Shown in pieces: positions 9,797 through 19,317 of a DNA stretch of 63,912 nt. Each line of letters begins with the position of its first letter. Position 1 is the first letter of the stretch. The translations under genes and the position numbers were made by a program. The notes beneath the pieces are model-generated. The model searched no databases. It saw only the letters and a program-made list of their open reading frames with translations, and had not been told where the DNA came from. The stretch comes from Thermoanaerobaculia bacterium (GTDB lineage: Bacteria; Acidobacteriota; Thermoanaerobaculia; UBA5066). The DNA lies in contig JBBRRY010000022.1 of NCBI GenBank assembly GCA_038245905.1, positions 1 through 63,912 on the forward strand, in the 5' to 3' direction.

Positions 9797-11254
9797 CTAC
9801 AGGATCGACTTCAGGAATTCCTTGTTCGTCTTCGTCTTCGCGAGCTTCGAGAGCAGGAGCTCCATCGCGTCGATCGGCTTCACGGACGAGAGCGCCCGCC
9901 TGAGCTTGTGGATCTTCGGCAGCTCGTCGACGTCGTAGATCTTCTCTTCCTTGCGGGTGCCGGAGGCCGGGATGTTGATGCAGGGGAAGATGCGCCGCTC
10001 GAAGAGGCCGCGATCGAGGATGATCTCGCTGTTCCCCGTGCCCTTGAATTCCTCGAAGATGACGTCGTCCATCCGGCTCCCCGTGTCGATGAGACACGTG
10101 GCGACGATCGTGAGCGAGCCGCCGCCCTCGTGGTTTCGGGCACCGCCGAAGAAGCGGCGGGGCTTTTCCATCGTTCGGGCGTCCATGCCGCCCGAGAGGA
10201 TTCGGCCGCTGCCGCGCTGTTCGTTGTTGTAGGCGCGGCTCATGCGGGTGATCGAGTCGCAGAAGATGACCACGTCCTGGCCGATCTCGACGAGGCGCTT
10301 CGCCCTCTCGAAGGTGGCTTCCGAGACCGCGATGTGGTGGGCGGCGTTCAGGTCGCTCGGCGAGGCGACGACCTCGCCCGTGATCGACCGCTGCATGTCG
10401 GTCACTTCCTCGGGCCGCTCGTCGACGAGGAGCATGAAGATCTTCACGTCCGGGTTGTTCTTCGCGATGGCGTTCGCCATCGTCTTCAGGAGGAACGTCT
10501 TCCCGGCCTTCGGGGGCGCGACGATGAGACAGCGCTGACCGCGGCCGATCGGGGCGACGAGGTCGAGGACCCGGCCCGAGATTTCGTCCGGTGTGGTCTC
10601 CATCCGAAGACGCACGTCAGGATCGACCGAGACGCCCTTGTGGAACTGGATGTACTTGCCGCGATATTCCGCGGGATCGAGGCCTTCGATCGCCAGGATC
10701 TTCTGGACCATCGGACCCTTCCCCCCCCGCGATACGGCCTCGGCCTCCACGAGGAGCCCGTCCTCGAGATCTTCGGATTCCACGAGGAACTTCGGAAGAA
10801 GGGGATCCCCCCGTTCCGCGAAGTAGGTCTCTGAGGAGACGAGCGTCCCGGAATGGTCGCCGTGCAGCTTGACGACGCCCTTGACCGTCGTGCGCGGTTG
10901 ATTCGCAGCGGCCGCAGGCTCGACACGGACCGCGTACCGGCCGCGCGCTTCGGGGGAGACTCCCTCGGCCACGGCCGGGGCGCCGCCTTCCGCAGGGCCA
11001 CCGGGCCCGCGCCCACGTCCGCGGCGGCGACGGCGGCGGCGGCGGCGGCGGAACGGGTCGAACGCGTCCTCTGGGGACGCCTCCCCCGGGGACGCCTCAC
11101 CCTCGCCGGCCGGCAGCCGTTCGGCCGAGCCGCCCTCTAGGGCCTCACCCTCGTCGCTTTCGCGCCCGGCGGGATCGGCCTCGAAATCGCCGTCGGCGTC
11201 GACCACCCGCGGGTCGTCGTCGGGCGCCGTCAGGACTCTGTCCTTCGGGTTCAT
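9797..11254 (-). CDS. rho: Transcription termination factor Rho with a divergent N-terminus
   Basis: PIGRGQRCLIVAPPKAGKT, LVDERPEEVTDM, DSITR, FEEFKGTGNSE and SGTRKEE. ATG 11254 has a GGAGGA SD-like element upstream. Confidence 0.93.
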   Translation of the reverse strand: MNPKDRVLTAPDDDPRVVDADGDFEADPAGRESDEGEALEGGSAERLPAGEGEASPGEASPEDAFDPFRRRRRRRRRRGRGRGPGGPAEGGAPAVAEGVSPEARGRYAVRVEPAAAANQPRTTVKGVVKLHGDHSGTLVSSETYFAERGDPLLPKFLVESEDLEDGLLVEAEAVSRGGKGPMVQKILAIEGLDPAEYRGKYIQFHKGVSVDPDVRLRMETTPDEISGRVLDLVAPIGRGQRCLIVAPPKAGKTFLLKTMANAIAKNNPDVKIFMLLVDERPEEVTDMQRSITGEVVASPSDLNAAHHIAVSEATFERAKRLVEIGQDVVIFCDSITRMSRAYNNEQRGSGRILSGGMDARTMEKPRRFFGGARNHEGGGSLTIVATCLIDTGSRMDDVIFEEFKGTGNSEIILDRGLFERRIFPCINIPASGTRKEEKIYDVDELPKIHKLRRALSSVKPIDAMELLLSKLAKTKTNKEFLKSIL

Positions 11255-11502
11255 CTCACTCAATCGGTCCTCCGGGGTTGGCTCCTCGTGGCGAGCCAAC
11301 GGACTTCCCTCGTAGCCTCCGGTCGAAGACGGCGTTCCGTGGTGAACGCACGCATCTTCCATTTTCCGGACTTCGGGCCCTTGACTTGGGTTCTCCCTGG
11401 CGGGGCGGCGCGGTTTCGTCGCCTTCTCGGCTTCTCTCGCCGTCGGCTCCGGTCTCACGGCGCCGTGGGGCTCCGACGTTCGGGGCCGCCCTGCAGAACC
11501 GA

Positions 11503-11532
11503 ATGCTACGCCAACCTTCTTGGCCGCGTCAA
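11503..11532 (-). promoter_or_regulatory. Putative sigma-70 promoter for rho
   Basis: TTGACG (11532-11527), 18 nt, TAGCAT (11508-11503); implies a leader of about 240 nt. Confidence 0.55.
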
Positions 11533-11599
11533 TCCGGCCACTTTCCGCGACAACCGGGCCGGAACGGACCGTGCATCCCTGGCCGCTACAATGCCCAAC

Positions 11600-14182
11600 G
11601 TGACACGCATGACCTCTCTCCGCCGCTCCCTTCGATTCATTGCCGCCTCTGTCGCCCTGTCCGCTTCTCTGGCGCGTGGGCAGACGCCGACACCGACACC
11701 GACGCCCACGGTGACTCCCACGCCTACTCCCACGCCGCGCTCCGTCCCGGGCGGCTCCCAGATCTACACGTTCACGGGCGCGGGAGCCTACGACGGCTCG
11801 AACCTCGTGAAAGACTCGAGCGGCGCGGTCTGGGCCGTGTCCGCCGCGGAAAACGCGATCTCCCGCATCTCCGCGGACCGCACGAAGCTTTCGCGCTGGA
11901 TCATGGCGAAAGACAGCGCTCCGAGCTCGCTCCTCGCCGACTCGGACGGAACGTTCTGGGTGACGGAGCTCGGCGGCTTCAAGGTCGCGCATTTCGACCC
12001 CGCGAGCGGAAACGTCACGGAGTACGTAGACGGCACGCGGCGGCCCACCGCTCTCGTGAAACGGCCAGACGGCAAGTTCTGGCTGCCCGAAACCGGCGGC
12101 CTTCTCGCGCTGTTCGACCCCGATGCTCCGAGCTTCGTCTACTACCAGACGCCAGGCGTTTTCTACCTCTCCTACCCGTCGCAGGACCCCGACGGGACGC
12201 TCTTCTCGCTCGACTTCATCTATGGGTCGATCGTGAGGTGGGCGCCCGACCTGTCGACGGCGCGGGTCTGGACGATTCCCGACACGTCGTTCTCCCCTTC
12301 GAAGATCGTGCGCCTCGCCGACGGCAAACTCTGGATTTCCTTCTTCGGCTCGGCGGAGCTCGGGCGCTTCGACGACGCGACGGGCATTCTCGACATCTTC
12401 GCGCTCGACTCGTCGAACCTTCCCTTCGACCTTCGCAGCTACCGCGGGCTCGTCCTCTATTCCGACCTCGCCGGACAGATCGGTTTCCTCGACCCGACGA
12501 AAGTCGTCCCCACGACCTCGACGACCCTGACGTCGGCCGACGTCGTGCCGACCGTCCGCTCGACCTTTCCGACGACCGCGGCCACGAGCGCGCTCACGTT
12601 CGACGAGCAGGATCTGATCCCGCCCGTTCCGGGATTCGACCTGGGAAGCGGTCTTCCCGGCCTTGCGCAGATCCTCGTGAACAACGGGAACGCGCTCTGG
12701 GGCATGCTGATCGACGAGGTGCGAGGCCGCATCTTCTTCGGAACGACGGGCGCAATCGGCATCCTGGGGCCCCCACCGCAGATCGACGTCCGGGATCTCT
12801 ACCTCACGTCCGCCTCCGCCGCGGCCCTCTCCTCGGACCCTGCCCGCGCATACCGCACCGGCATCGTCACCTGGAACCGCGGGACGCCCGACGCCACCGG
12901 GGCGACGCAGGCCCTCAGCACGATCCAGCGGATCCTGCCCGACGGGTGGATCGCCGGGCTGTCGGGCACCACGACGCAAGCTGTGCCGGTAGGAACGCTC
13001 CTCTCGCAGGAAGACGTCGTCGGCACCGACATGGATTCCGCCGGCGTCTTCGGCGGCCTTCAGATCACGTCGAACCTTCCGGACGATATGTTCGCCTGGT
13101 CGCGCGTCTCGGTTCCGGCGCCCGGCGGCGGGACCCTGGGATACGCCGCGAACGCCGCGAAGGACGCGGCCGGCCTCGGTGCGGGCGACACGGGATTCCT
13201 GTTTGCCTCCCCGGACGCGGCGCAGCGCACGATCGCGGGCCTTCTCGTCACGCAGCCGTCGACGGGCACGATCTCGATCGTCGACCAGAGCGGCGTCACG
13301 AAGGGCACCTACGCGTACGACTGGCCGGGAGGCTATCGGATCCAGGGCACGTCGATCTTCGACGCCTTCGCTCTCCCGCCTCTCCCGTCCGCGCGCATCG
13401 TCTGCACGGTGACGACGGGACGGGTGCTGCTGTTCGGCACCGCCCTTGATCCCGTGAGCGGCGACGGGGCGAACCTCGGCGCCATCAGATCGGGTGACAT
13501 CACCCAAGGGCTCCAGATTACCGGCTTTGCGCGCGGCGGAGGGCTGACCTCCACGCTCCAGGTCTTCAACCCCGGCACGATTCCGGCGCACGTCAGTCTT
13601 GCCATCCGCGTGGCTCAGCCCGTGGACGGGCCCGTGCTCCCACCGGCCGCTCTCGCGGCGACGGCCACCGTCCCGCCCGGGACCGTGGCCACGCTCGACC
13701 TGAGCGACGCCGGTGGGGCGGTCGCGGGCACGCTCGACATTTTCTCGAACCAGCCGGTCGCGGCCTTCGCGACGTTTAGAGCCACGCTGCTCTCGGGCGG
13801 AAGCGCCGTCTTCACGGCCCCCGCCGTGTTCTTCGCGTCTCCCACGGCCGTCTCGCCCGGATCGCGCGGTGTCTTCCTCGCGGCCACGCAGAACGACGCG
13901 TTTTCGTCGACGATTCAGCTCACGAGTACGTCCCCGAATCCCGGCGATGTGACCGTGAACTTCGTCGGCGCCGACGCGAAGGTCACCGGCAGCCGCACCG
14001 TGACGGTTCCGCCATGGGGCGTCGTCTCGCTTACGGGCTCCCCGGCCGGCGCCGCCACCGATCTCGGGCGCGTGGACGTCGTGCCGGCCGACGGCACGAC
14101 GCCGTTCCTCATGGTCCTCCTCCGGCAGGACAGGCGGACACGCGATACCGACGTCATTCTGCCGATTTTGGTCGCGAAGTAG
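11600..14182 (+). CDS. Secreted protein: Pro-Thr linker, Vgb-like beta-propeller and C-terminal beta-sandwich repeats
   Basis: Signal peptide followed by QTPTPTPTPTVTPTPTPTP and repeated D.DG..W blades. The start could be 11591, 11600 or 11609. Confidence 0.7.
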   Translation: MTRMTSLRRSLRFIAASVALSASLARGQTPTPTPTPTVTPTPTPTPRSVPGGSQIYTFTGAGAYDGSNLVKDSSGAVWAVSAAENAISRISADRTKLSRWIMAKDSAPSSLLADSDGTFWVTELGGFKVAHFDPASGNVTEYVDGTRRPTALVKRPDGKFWLPETGGLLALFDPDAPSFVYYQTPGVFYLSYPSQDPDGTLFSLDFIYGSIVRWAPDLSTARVWTIPDTSFSPSKIVRLADGKLWISFFGSAELGRFDDATGILDIFALDSSNLPFDLRSYRGLVLYSDLAGQIGFLDPTKVVPTTSTTLTSADVVPTVRSTFPTTAATSALTFDEQDLIPPVPGFDLGSGLPGLAQILVNNGNALWGMLIDEVRGRIFFGTTGAIGILGPPPQIDVRDLYLTSASAAALSSDPARAYRTGIVTWNRGTPDATGATQALSTIQRILPDGWIAGLSGTTTQAVPVGTLLSQEDVVGTDMDSAGVFGGLQITSNLPDDMFAWSRVSVPAPGGGTLGYAANAAKDAAGLGAGDTGFLFASPDAAQRTIAGLLVTQPSTGTISIVDQSGVTKGTYAYDWPGGYRIQGTSIFDAFALPPLPSARIVCTVTTGRVLLFGTALDPVSGDGANLGAIRSGDITQGLQITGFARGGGLTSTLQVFNPGTIPAHVSLAIRVAQPVDGPVLPPAALAATATVPPGTVATLDLSDAGGAVAGTLDIFSNQPVAAFATFRATLLSGGSAVFTAPAVFFASPTAVSPGSRGVFLAATQNDAFSSTIQLTSTSPNPGDVTVNFVGADAKVTGSRTVTVPPWGVVSLTGSPAGAATDLGRVDVVPADGTTPFLMVLLRQDRRTRDTDVILPILVAK

Positions 14183-14204
14183 AGAGCGGGACGAGGAAGA
14201 TCCC

Positions 14205-15008
14205 ATAAAGCTCTCTGGACTTCTGCCCCTCGGAATTCTCTGTGCCCTCGGCGCGGGCGACCCCTCCCGCGCCGACGAAGGCGTCGCGACGGGCGTCGGG
14301 AACCGTTTCTCCCAGACCTCGACGCCCCTCACGAACGACAAGGGCGCGCTCGAGTGGGCCTTCACACACCGCTTCAACCAGGACGTCAAAGACGCGGGCG
14401 GCGGCAGCCTGGGCGGCCTCGACTCAGGCTCAGCCGTCGGCTTCGGTATCGACTACGTCTTCGTTCCGAACGTCGCGGTCCAGGTCACCCGCGTCAACAA
14501 CTACGCGGACTACGAGTTCGCGCTCAAGGCGACTCTCGTGCGGCCGCAGTCGTCCTTCCCGCTGGGCCTGGGCGTGCGCGGCGGTCTCGACTGGCGCACC
14601 GCCGCATACGCGCCGAGGGAGTCGAGCGCCTTCGGCCAGGTTCTCCTCTCGTACACGATCGCGAACCGCGTCACGGTCGCGGCGGCGCCGAGCTACACGA
14701 AGAACACGCAGTTCCAGACGGACGTCTTCAACGTGCCCGTCGTCCTGCAGCTCAAGATCACGAAGTCGATCTCCCTCATCGCCGAATTCGTCCCGAAGAA
14801 GAGCTTCCTGCCGGACTCGGTGGCCCAGTGGACGGTCGCGGTCGAGAAGCAGGTCTTTCATCACCGGTTCGCCGTGTGGATCGGGAACACCCAGGCCACG
14901 ACCGTCGATCAGTACATCGGCGGCGACTACGGCGGCGGCATCACGGACAGGAACATCAAGATTGGGTTCAACCTGAGCCGCGCCTGGGACCTGTTCCCGC
15001 CGAAGTGA
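14205..15008 (+). CDS. DUF5777-like outer-membrane beta-barrel protein
   Basis: The frame of the 14538 ORF is open upstream: signal-like KLSGLLPLGILCALGAG, then KGALEWAFTHRF...GLDSG and HRFAVWIGN...IKIGFNLSRAW. Inferred ATA start at 14205 with GAGGA upstream. Confidence 0.7.
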   Translation: MKLSGLLPLGILCALGAGDPSRADEGVATGVGNRFSQTSTPLTNDKGALEWAFTHRFNQDVKDAGGGSLGGLDSGSAVGFGIDYVFVPNVAVQVTRVNNYADYEFALKATLVRPQSSFPLGLGVRGGLDWRTAAYAPRESSAFGQVLLSYTIANRVTVAAAPSYTKNTQFQTDVFNVPVVLQLKITKSISLIAEFVPKKSFLPDSVAQWTVAVEKQVFHHRFAVWIGNTQATTVDQYIGGDYGGGITDRNIKIGFNLSRAWDLFPPK

Positions 15009-15010
15009 CG

Positions 15011-17533
15011 TCAGCGCGTCGCATCCTTCTGGCTCAGCAGCTTGAGCAGGTCGTCGAGCGGTTTTTCGAGGTACTTCGGCAACTCGCCGCGAGCGCGGGC
15101 CTCGACGAGGATCTTCGCGACCTTCGCCGCACCATCGCGCGAGGCCGCGAGGACTTTCGCGAAGCGGGGATCGCCGCGGAGCAGCTGCATGTCCGGATCG
15201 AGGATCAGCCAGTCGTAGGCGGGCAGATCGCCATCCTTGACGTACCGGAGAAGGAGGCGGATCGCTTCATCCGTTCGGCCCAGGCGGGCCAGCGCCGGGG
15301 GGACGAGCTGCACGCCGAGCGCAATCCAATCGGTCCCTCCCGCGAGGGCCTGCGGAACGACGTATGGCTCCAACTTCGCGATCGCGCCGGCATCCCGCTC
15401 GGCGACCGCGACCAGGAACCTGATCTGGCCCCACATCTGGCTGATGGCGCCCTCGGGGTGTTCGAAGAACCGCGGCTCCCAGGGCGACAGCGTCTTCCGC
15501 GCCTCTTCGATCCTGCCGGACTTCAAGAGCACATAGCCCCGAGCGACCACACACGTCCAGGCGTCGGGCTCGACCAGCATCGCGCGGTCCAGGTACGGAA
15601 GGGCCTCCTCCGGATGCCCGAGACCGCCCGAAGCGAAGGCCACGTTGCTGCTTGCCGGGAGATAGAACGGGTCGACCCCGACCGCCCAACGGGCCGCGGC
15701 TCCGGACAGGGAGAGCGTGCCCGGGTCTTGCACGGAGTTCGAGACGGCCATGTGGCTGAAGGCGTCGCGGGGCGAGAACGTGGCCGCCTTGAGCGCGTAT
15801 TCGAGCAGACGTTCCGGGTCGTTGTCGTCTCCCCACCAGCCGACGGCGTTGAGGGTCGCCCACGCCTCGCCAGATCGCGGGTCGAATGCGACAGCGCGGC
15901 GAGCCCACGATTCCGCGTCCTTCAGCGCCCCGCTCGCGGTACCTTCGGCCTCGATCCGGAACTCGTAGAGTCTCGCGATCTGGGCCGCGGCGCTGGCCGA
16001 CGAGGGATTGCTCTCGAGGGCGCGCTTGAACGCTGCGACACCGGCATCGAAGTCCGGCGGGCGGTGGAGATTGTTGTAGCGGTTCGAGAAGTACGCGCCC
16101 TCGCGCAGGGCCAGCTCGAATTCGGATGAAACGGCGCTCGTCGGAATCGCCGACGCCGCCGGCCTCACCGCCAGACGGATCCCGTCCGCCGCCTGGCGCG
16201 CCAGTTCGTTGTAAGACTCCCGGGGACCCTCGTACTGCATTCCCCACCGAACGCGTCTCGTCCCCGCGTCGACGAGCTGGACGTTGAGGGCGAATCGTCC
16301 CGGCGACGTCGTGATGGACGTCACGATGAAGCTCGAGACCTGGTACAGGGCGGCCAGCTTCGTGAGGTCGCCCTTGACCTTCTCCACCTCGAGGCTCGAC
16401 GGCGGCACCTTCGTGTCGAGGCCTTCGACGCGCGAAAGGAGAGTCGAGATGGTCCCGGGGACGGCGTCCGTGAGGAAGGCCACCTCGGGCGCGCCATAGA
16501 CGATGCAAGGCAGCGCGAGGATGGCGGGCAGACCGCTGGAGGCGGCCGAGTGTTTCCGGCTGGCGAAGATCAGCGCCCCGGTGACGGCCAGCGCCAGAAA
16601 AAATGCCGCGCCCAGCGACTTCCCGTGACGATGCAGCCATACGCCGGCCGGAGACATCGGGACCGGCCGCTTCGTCGTCGAGACCTCGGAGAGAGCCTCG
16701 AGCGCGAAGACGACGTCGCGAGCCGACTGGAAGCGACTGTCCGGTTCCTTTTCGAGGCAATGCCGGACGACGTTCTCCAACCCCGCCGACACGCTCCGGT
16801 TCGTCTCGGAAAGGTCCGGAGGATCCTCGCGCAGAATCGCCGTCAAGATCTCGGCGACCGTGTCTCTCTGGAAGGGGCGCTTCCCCGACAACATCTCGTA
16901 CAGGACGACACCGAGGGAGAAGAGATCGGATCGGGCGTCCACGGGCCGCCCACGGACCTGCTCGGGGGACATATAAGCCGCGGTGCCGAGGCCGGTGCCC
17001 GGCTGCGTGGCGCTCGCCGTGGGCGTCTCAGTGTCGACGCCGGAGGTTTCGGTCGACGGAAGGAGCTTGGCGATGCCGAAGTCGAGGATTTTGACGTGCC
17101 CGTCTTTCGTGACGAAGATGTTCTCGGGCTTGATGTCGCGGTGGACGATTCCCTTCTCGTGCGCCGCCGCTAAGCCCTGCGCGACCTGGATGATCCAGTC
17201 GACGGCTTTCTTCGACGGCACAGGAGCGCCGAGCTTTTCCCGGAGCGACTCGCCCTGAAGGAGCTCCGACACGATGAACGGGCTTCCCTCCTGTGTGCCG
17301 ACATCGTGGACAACGAGGATGTTGGGGTGATTGAGCTGTGCGGCGGCGCGGGCTTCCTTCTCGAAACGTGAGAGCCGTTCGGGATCGGAGGCAAACCGAG
17401 GGTGGACGACCTTGACGGCGACGTCTCTCCCGAGACGGGTATCCCGCGCCCGGTAGACCTCACCCATCCCACCGGCGCCGAGAGGCGCGACGATCTCGTA
17501 AGGCCCCAGACCCGTGCCGGGAGCAAGCCCCAT
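15011..17533 (-). CDS. Hanks-type Ser/Thr protein kinase with TM segment, TolB-N-like domain and TPRs
   Basis: LGAGGMGEVY, VAVK, HRDIKPEN, DFGIAK and GTAAYMSPEQ. Confidence 0.93.
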   Translation of the reverse strand: MGLAPGTGLGPYEIVAPLGAGGMGEVYRARDTRLGRDVAVKVVHPRFASDPERLSRFEKEARAAAQLNHPNILVVHDVGTQEGSPFIVSELLQGESLREKLGAPVPSKKAVDWIIQVAQGLAAAHEKGIVHRDIKPENIFVTKDGHVKILDFGIAKLLPSTETSGVDTETPTASATQPGTGLGTAAYMSPEQVRGRPVDARSDLFSLGVVLYEMLSGKRPFQRDTVAEILTAILREDPPDLSETNRSVSAGLENVVRHCLEKEPDSRFQSARDVVFALEALSEVSTTKRPVPMSPAGVWLHRHGKSLGAAFFLALAVTGALIFASRKHSAASSGLPAILALPCIVYGAPEVAFLTDAVPGTISTLLSRVEGLDTKVPPSSLEVEKVKGDLTKLAALYQVSSFIVTSITTSPGRFALNVQLVDAGTRRVRWGMQYEGPRESYNELARQAADGIRLAVRPAASAIPTSAVSSEFELALREGAYFSNRYNNLHRPPDFDAGVAAFKRALESNPSSASAAAQIARLYEFRIEAEGTASGALKDAESWARRAVAFDPRSGEAWATLNAVGWWGDDNDPERLLEYALKAATFSPRDAFSHMAVSNSVQDPGTLSLSGAAARWAVGVDPFYLPASSNVAFASGGLGHPEEALPYLDRAMLVEPDAWTCVVARGYVLLKSGRIEEARKTLSPWEPRFFEHPEGAISQMWGQIRFLVAVAERDAGAIAKLEPYVVPQALAGGTDWIALGVQLVPPALARLGRTDEAIRLLLRYVKDGDLPAYDWLILDPDMQLLRGDPRFAKVLAASRDGAAKVAKILVEARARGELPKYLEKPLDDLLKLLSQKDATR

Positions 17534-17605
17534 CCGCACACCTCGGGTGCTCTACGATGGCTCATGGTCACGGGAAGCGCAACCGCGGTGAAGGAGGCGG
17601 CGGCC

Positions 17606-19285
17606 TCAGGGCGCGGGCGTCCGGCGGGGCGCTTCGGGCGCCCACGTCGAATCCGGCGCGACGACCCAGTTGTGGTCCGTCTGCGGCCTCACGGTGCCGA
17701 GCTTCTTGAGGCGCTCGATGAGAAGCTCGCGAATCTCGTCGGGGAACTCCTTGACGACCTTTGCGCCCTTGAGCGCCTTGTACCCGCCCGAGCCCTGTGC
17801 GCGGTAGGCGTTCACGGCGAGCGTGAAGCGGTCGGACGGCTGCACGGGCCGGCCCTTCCAGGCGAGATCCTTCACGCGCGAGCCGACAGGCGCCGTCGGG
17901 TCGATCCGGTACGCCGCGCCCTGCACGACGTCGAAGTTGTAAGGGATCATCTTCTCCTTCGGCGTCAGGACGAGCTTCCCGCCCTCCCACTGCGCGGCGC
18001 CGTAGAACTCGGCGGCGTGTTCGAGGCAGGCCTTCAGCGTCGCGCCGTCGATCTCGATCTCGACGAGCTGGTTCTCGTACGGGTAGAGCGTGTAGACGTT
18101 TCGCACCTTGATCGGGCCCTTCCGGAAGCCCTCGAAGCGTCCCGGAAGGAGCGATGTCATCGAGAGGTCGGCGCCCGTCGCCTCGCGCATCGTGTTATTC
18201 ACGAAATCGAGGAGGGCGGTGTCCTCGAGCCGGGCCCGGGCGCCCGGAAAGTCCTCCTCGGCGGTCGCGATCACGGTGTCCATGTAGGCGCGCGCCGCGG
18301 CGTCGTGCGGCGCCGCGATCGCGGCGATCGCCGCGTCGGTCGCGACGGAGGCGTCCGAGGGAAGAAGCGCGGCCGAGACGTCCGTGACGGCCACCTTCCC
18401 GCCGTCCCTCTCGAACGTGACGTCCACGCGCGCGAGGACGTCTCCCCAGCGGCCCGGCTGGATCATCGGGACGCCGTTCAGCCGCGTGAGCGGGATCCGC
18501 CGGTGGGTGTGCCCCGTGAGGAGGAGGTCGATGCCCGGGACCTTCGAGAGCGCGACAACGCGGTTCTCGTCATCCGTGCCGTCCGGCACGCCGGTTCTGA
18601 GGTCCACCTCGGGGCCGCTGTGAATCAGGGCGACGACGAAATCGCATCCTTCCTTCCCGCGAAGGACGGGTACGAGCCGGGCGGCCGTCTCGACAGGATC
18701 TTCCCAGCGCAGGCCAGGCCGGTTGCGCGCGGGCTCCCAGTTCGGGATGTTCGGCGTCGTGAGACCGAGGATTCCGATGCGGATGCCCGCGACCGTCTTC
18801 ACGAGGTACTCCGGAAACGCGGCGGACCCGTCCGAGACGTTTCGCGTGTTCGCCGACAACCAGGGAAACGTGGACTCCTTCTGAGCCTTGCGGAGGACGG
18901 CGAGGCCGAAGTTGAACTCGTGGTTCCCGACGGACATCGCGTCGTACTTGAGCGCGCTCATCGCCTCGACCATCGGATCGGGACCCTTCGACGGGTCCTT
19001 CGCGTGCAGAAACTCGATCGGCGTTCCCTGGATCGTGTCGCCCGCGTCGAGGAGGAGGACGTTTGACGTCTCCTTGCGAATCGCGGCAACACGCGAAGCC
19101 ACGCGCGCGAGGCCGTCGTCGGCCGGCTGGGCGCGCTGGTAGTCCCAGGGGAGCAGGTGCCCGTGGAGGTCCGTCGTCTGAAGGATCGTGACGACGACGC
19201 GTTCCGCCCCGGCCGCGTGGGCGGCGGCGAGCAGGCTCAGGACGGCGGCCGGAACGACCCACCGGAGACGACGTGAAGACCTCAA
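17606..19285 (-). CDS. Secreted 5'-nucleotidase / 2',3'-cyclic phosphodiesterase (CpdB/UshA family)
   Basis: Metallophosphoesterase motifs TTDLHG, DAGDTIQG, GNHEFNFG and GHTH; C-terminal YPYEN; signal peptide. Confidence 0.92.
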   Translation of the reverse strand: MRSSRRLRWVVPAAVLSLLAAAHAAGAERVVVTILQTTDLHGHLLPWDYQRAQPADDGLARVASRVAAIRKETSNVLLLDAGDTIQGTPIEFLHAKDPSKGPDPMVEAMSALKYDAMSVGNHEFNFGLAVLRKAQKESTFPWLSANTRNVSDGSAAFPEYLVKTVAGIRIGILGLTTPNIPNWEPARNRPGLRWEDPVETAARLVPVLRGKEGCDFVVALIHSGPEVDLRTGVPDGTDDENRVVALSKVPGIDLLLTGHTHRRIPLTRLNGVPMIQPGRWGDVLARVDVTFERDGGKVAVTDVSAALLPSDASVATDAAIAAIAAPHDAAARAYMDTVIATAEEDFPGARARLEDTALLDFVNNTMREATGADLSMTSLLPGRFEGFRKGPIKVRNVYTLYPYENQLVEIEIDGATLKACLEHAAEFYGAAQWEGGKLVLTPKEKMIPYNFDVVQGAAYRIDPTAPVGSRVKDLAWKGRPVQPSDRFTLAVNAYRAQGSGGYKALKGAKVVKEFPDEIRELLIERLKKLGTVRPQTDHNWVVAPDSTWAPEAPRRTPAP

Positions 19286-19317
19286 GGCCTCCGATTATTA
19301 GCATATTCTCCGCGCTC

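Noticed and set aside
11683-11740. Short tandem repeat as a CRISPR or VNTR
   Set aside because: It encodes a Pro-Thr linker with synonymous variation and has no spacers.
11255-14389. Rho as a 1530-aa giant protein
   Set aside because: The upstream part is antisense to the secreted propeller gene and is Arg/Gly-rich shadow sequence.
15006-15013. Palindrome TGACGTCA at a gene junction
   Set aside because: It is simply two facing TGA stop codons 2 bp apart.
15011-17533. Kinase gene as a horizontally acquired island
   Set aside because: Codon usage looks only slightly different by eye, with no flanking repeats or mobility genes; such kinases are common in the inferred lineage.
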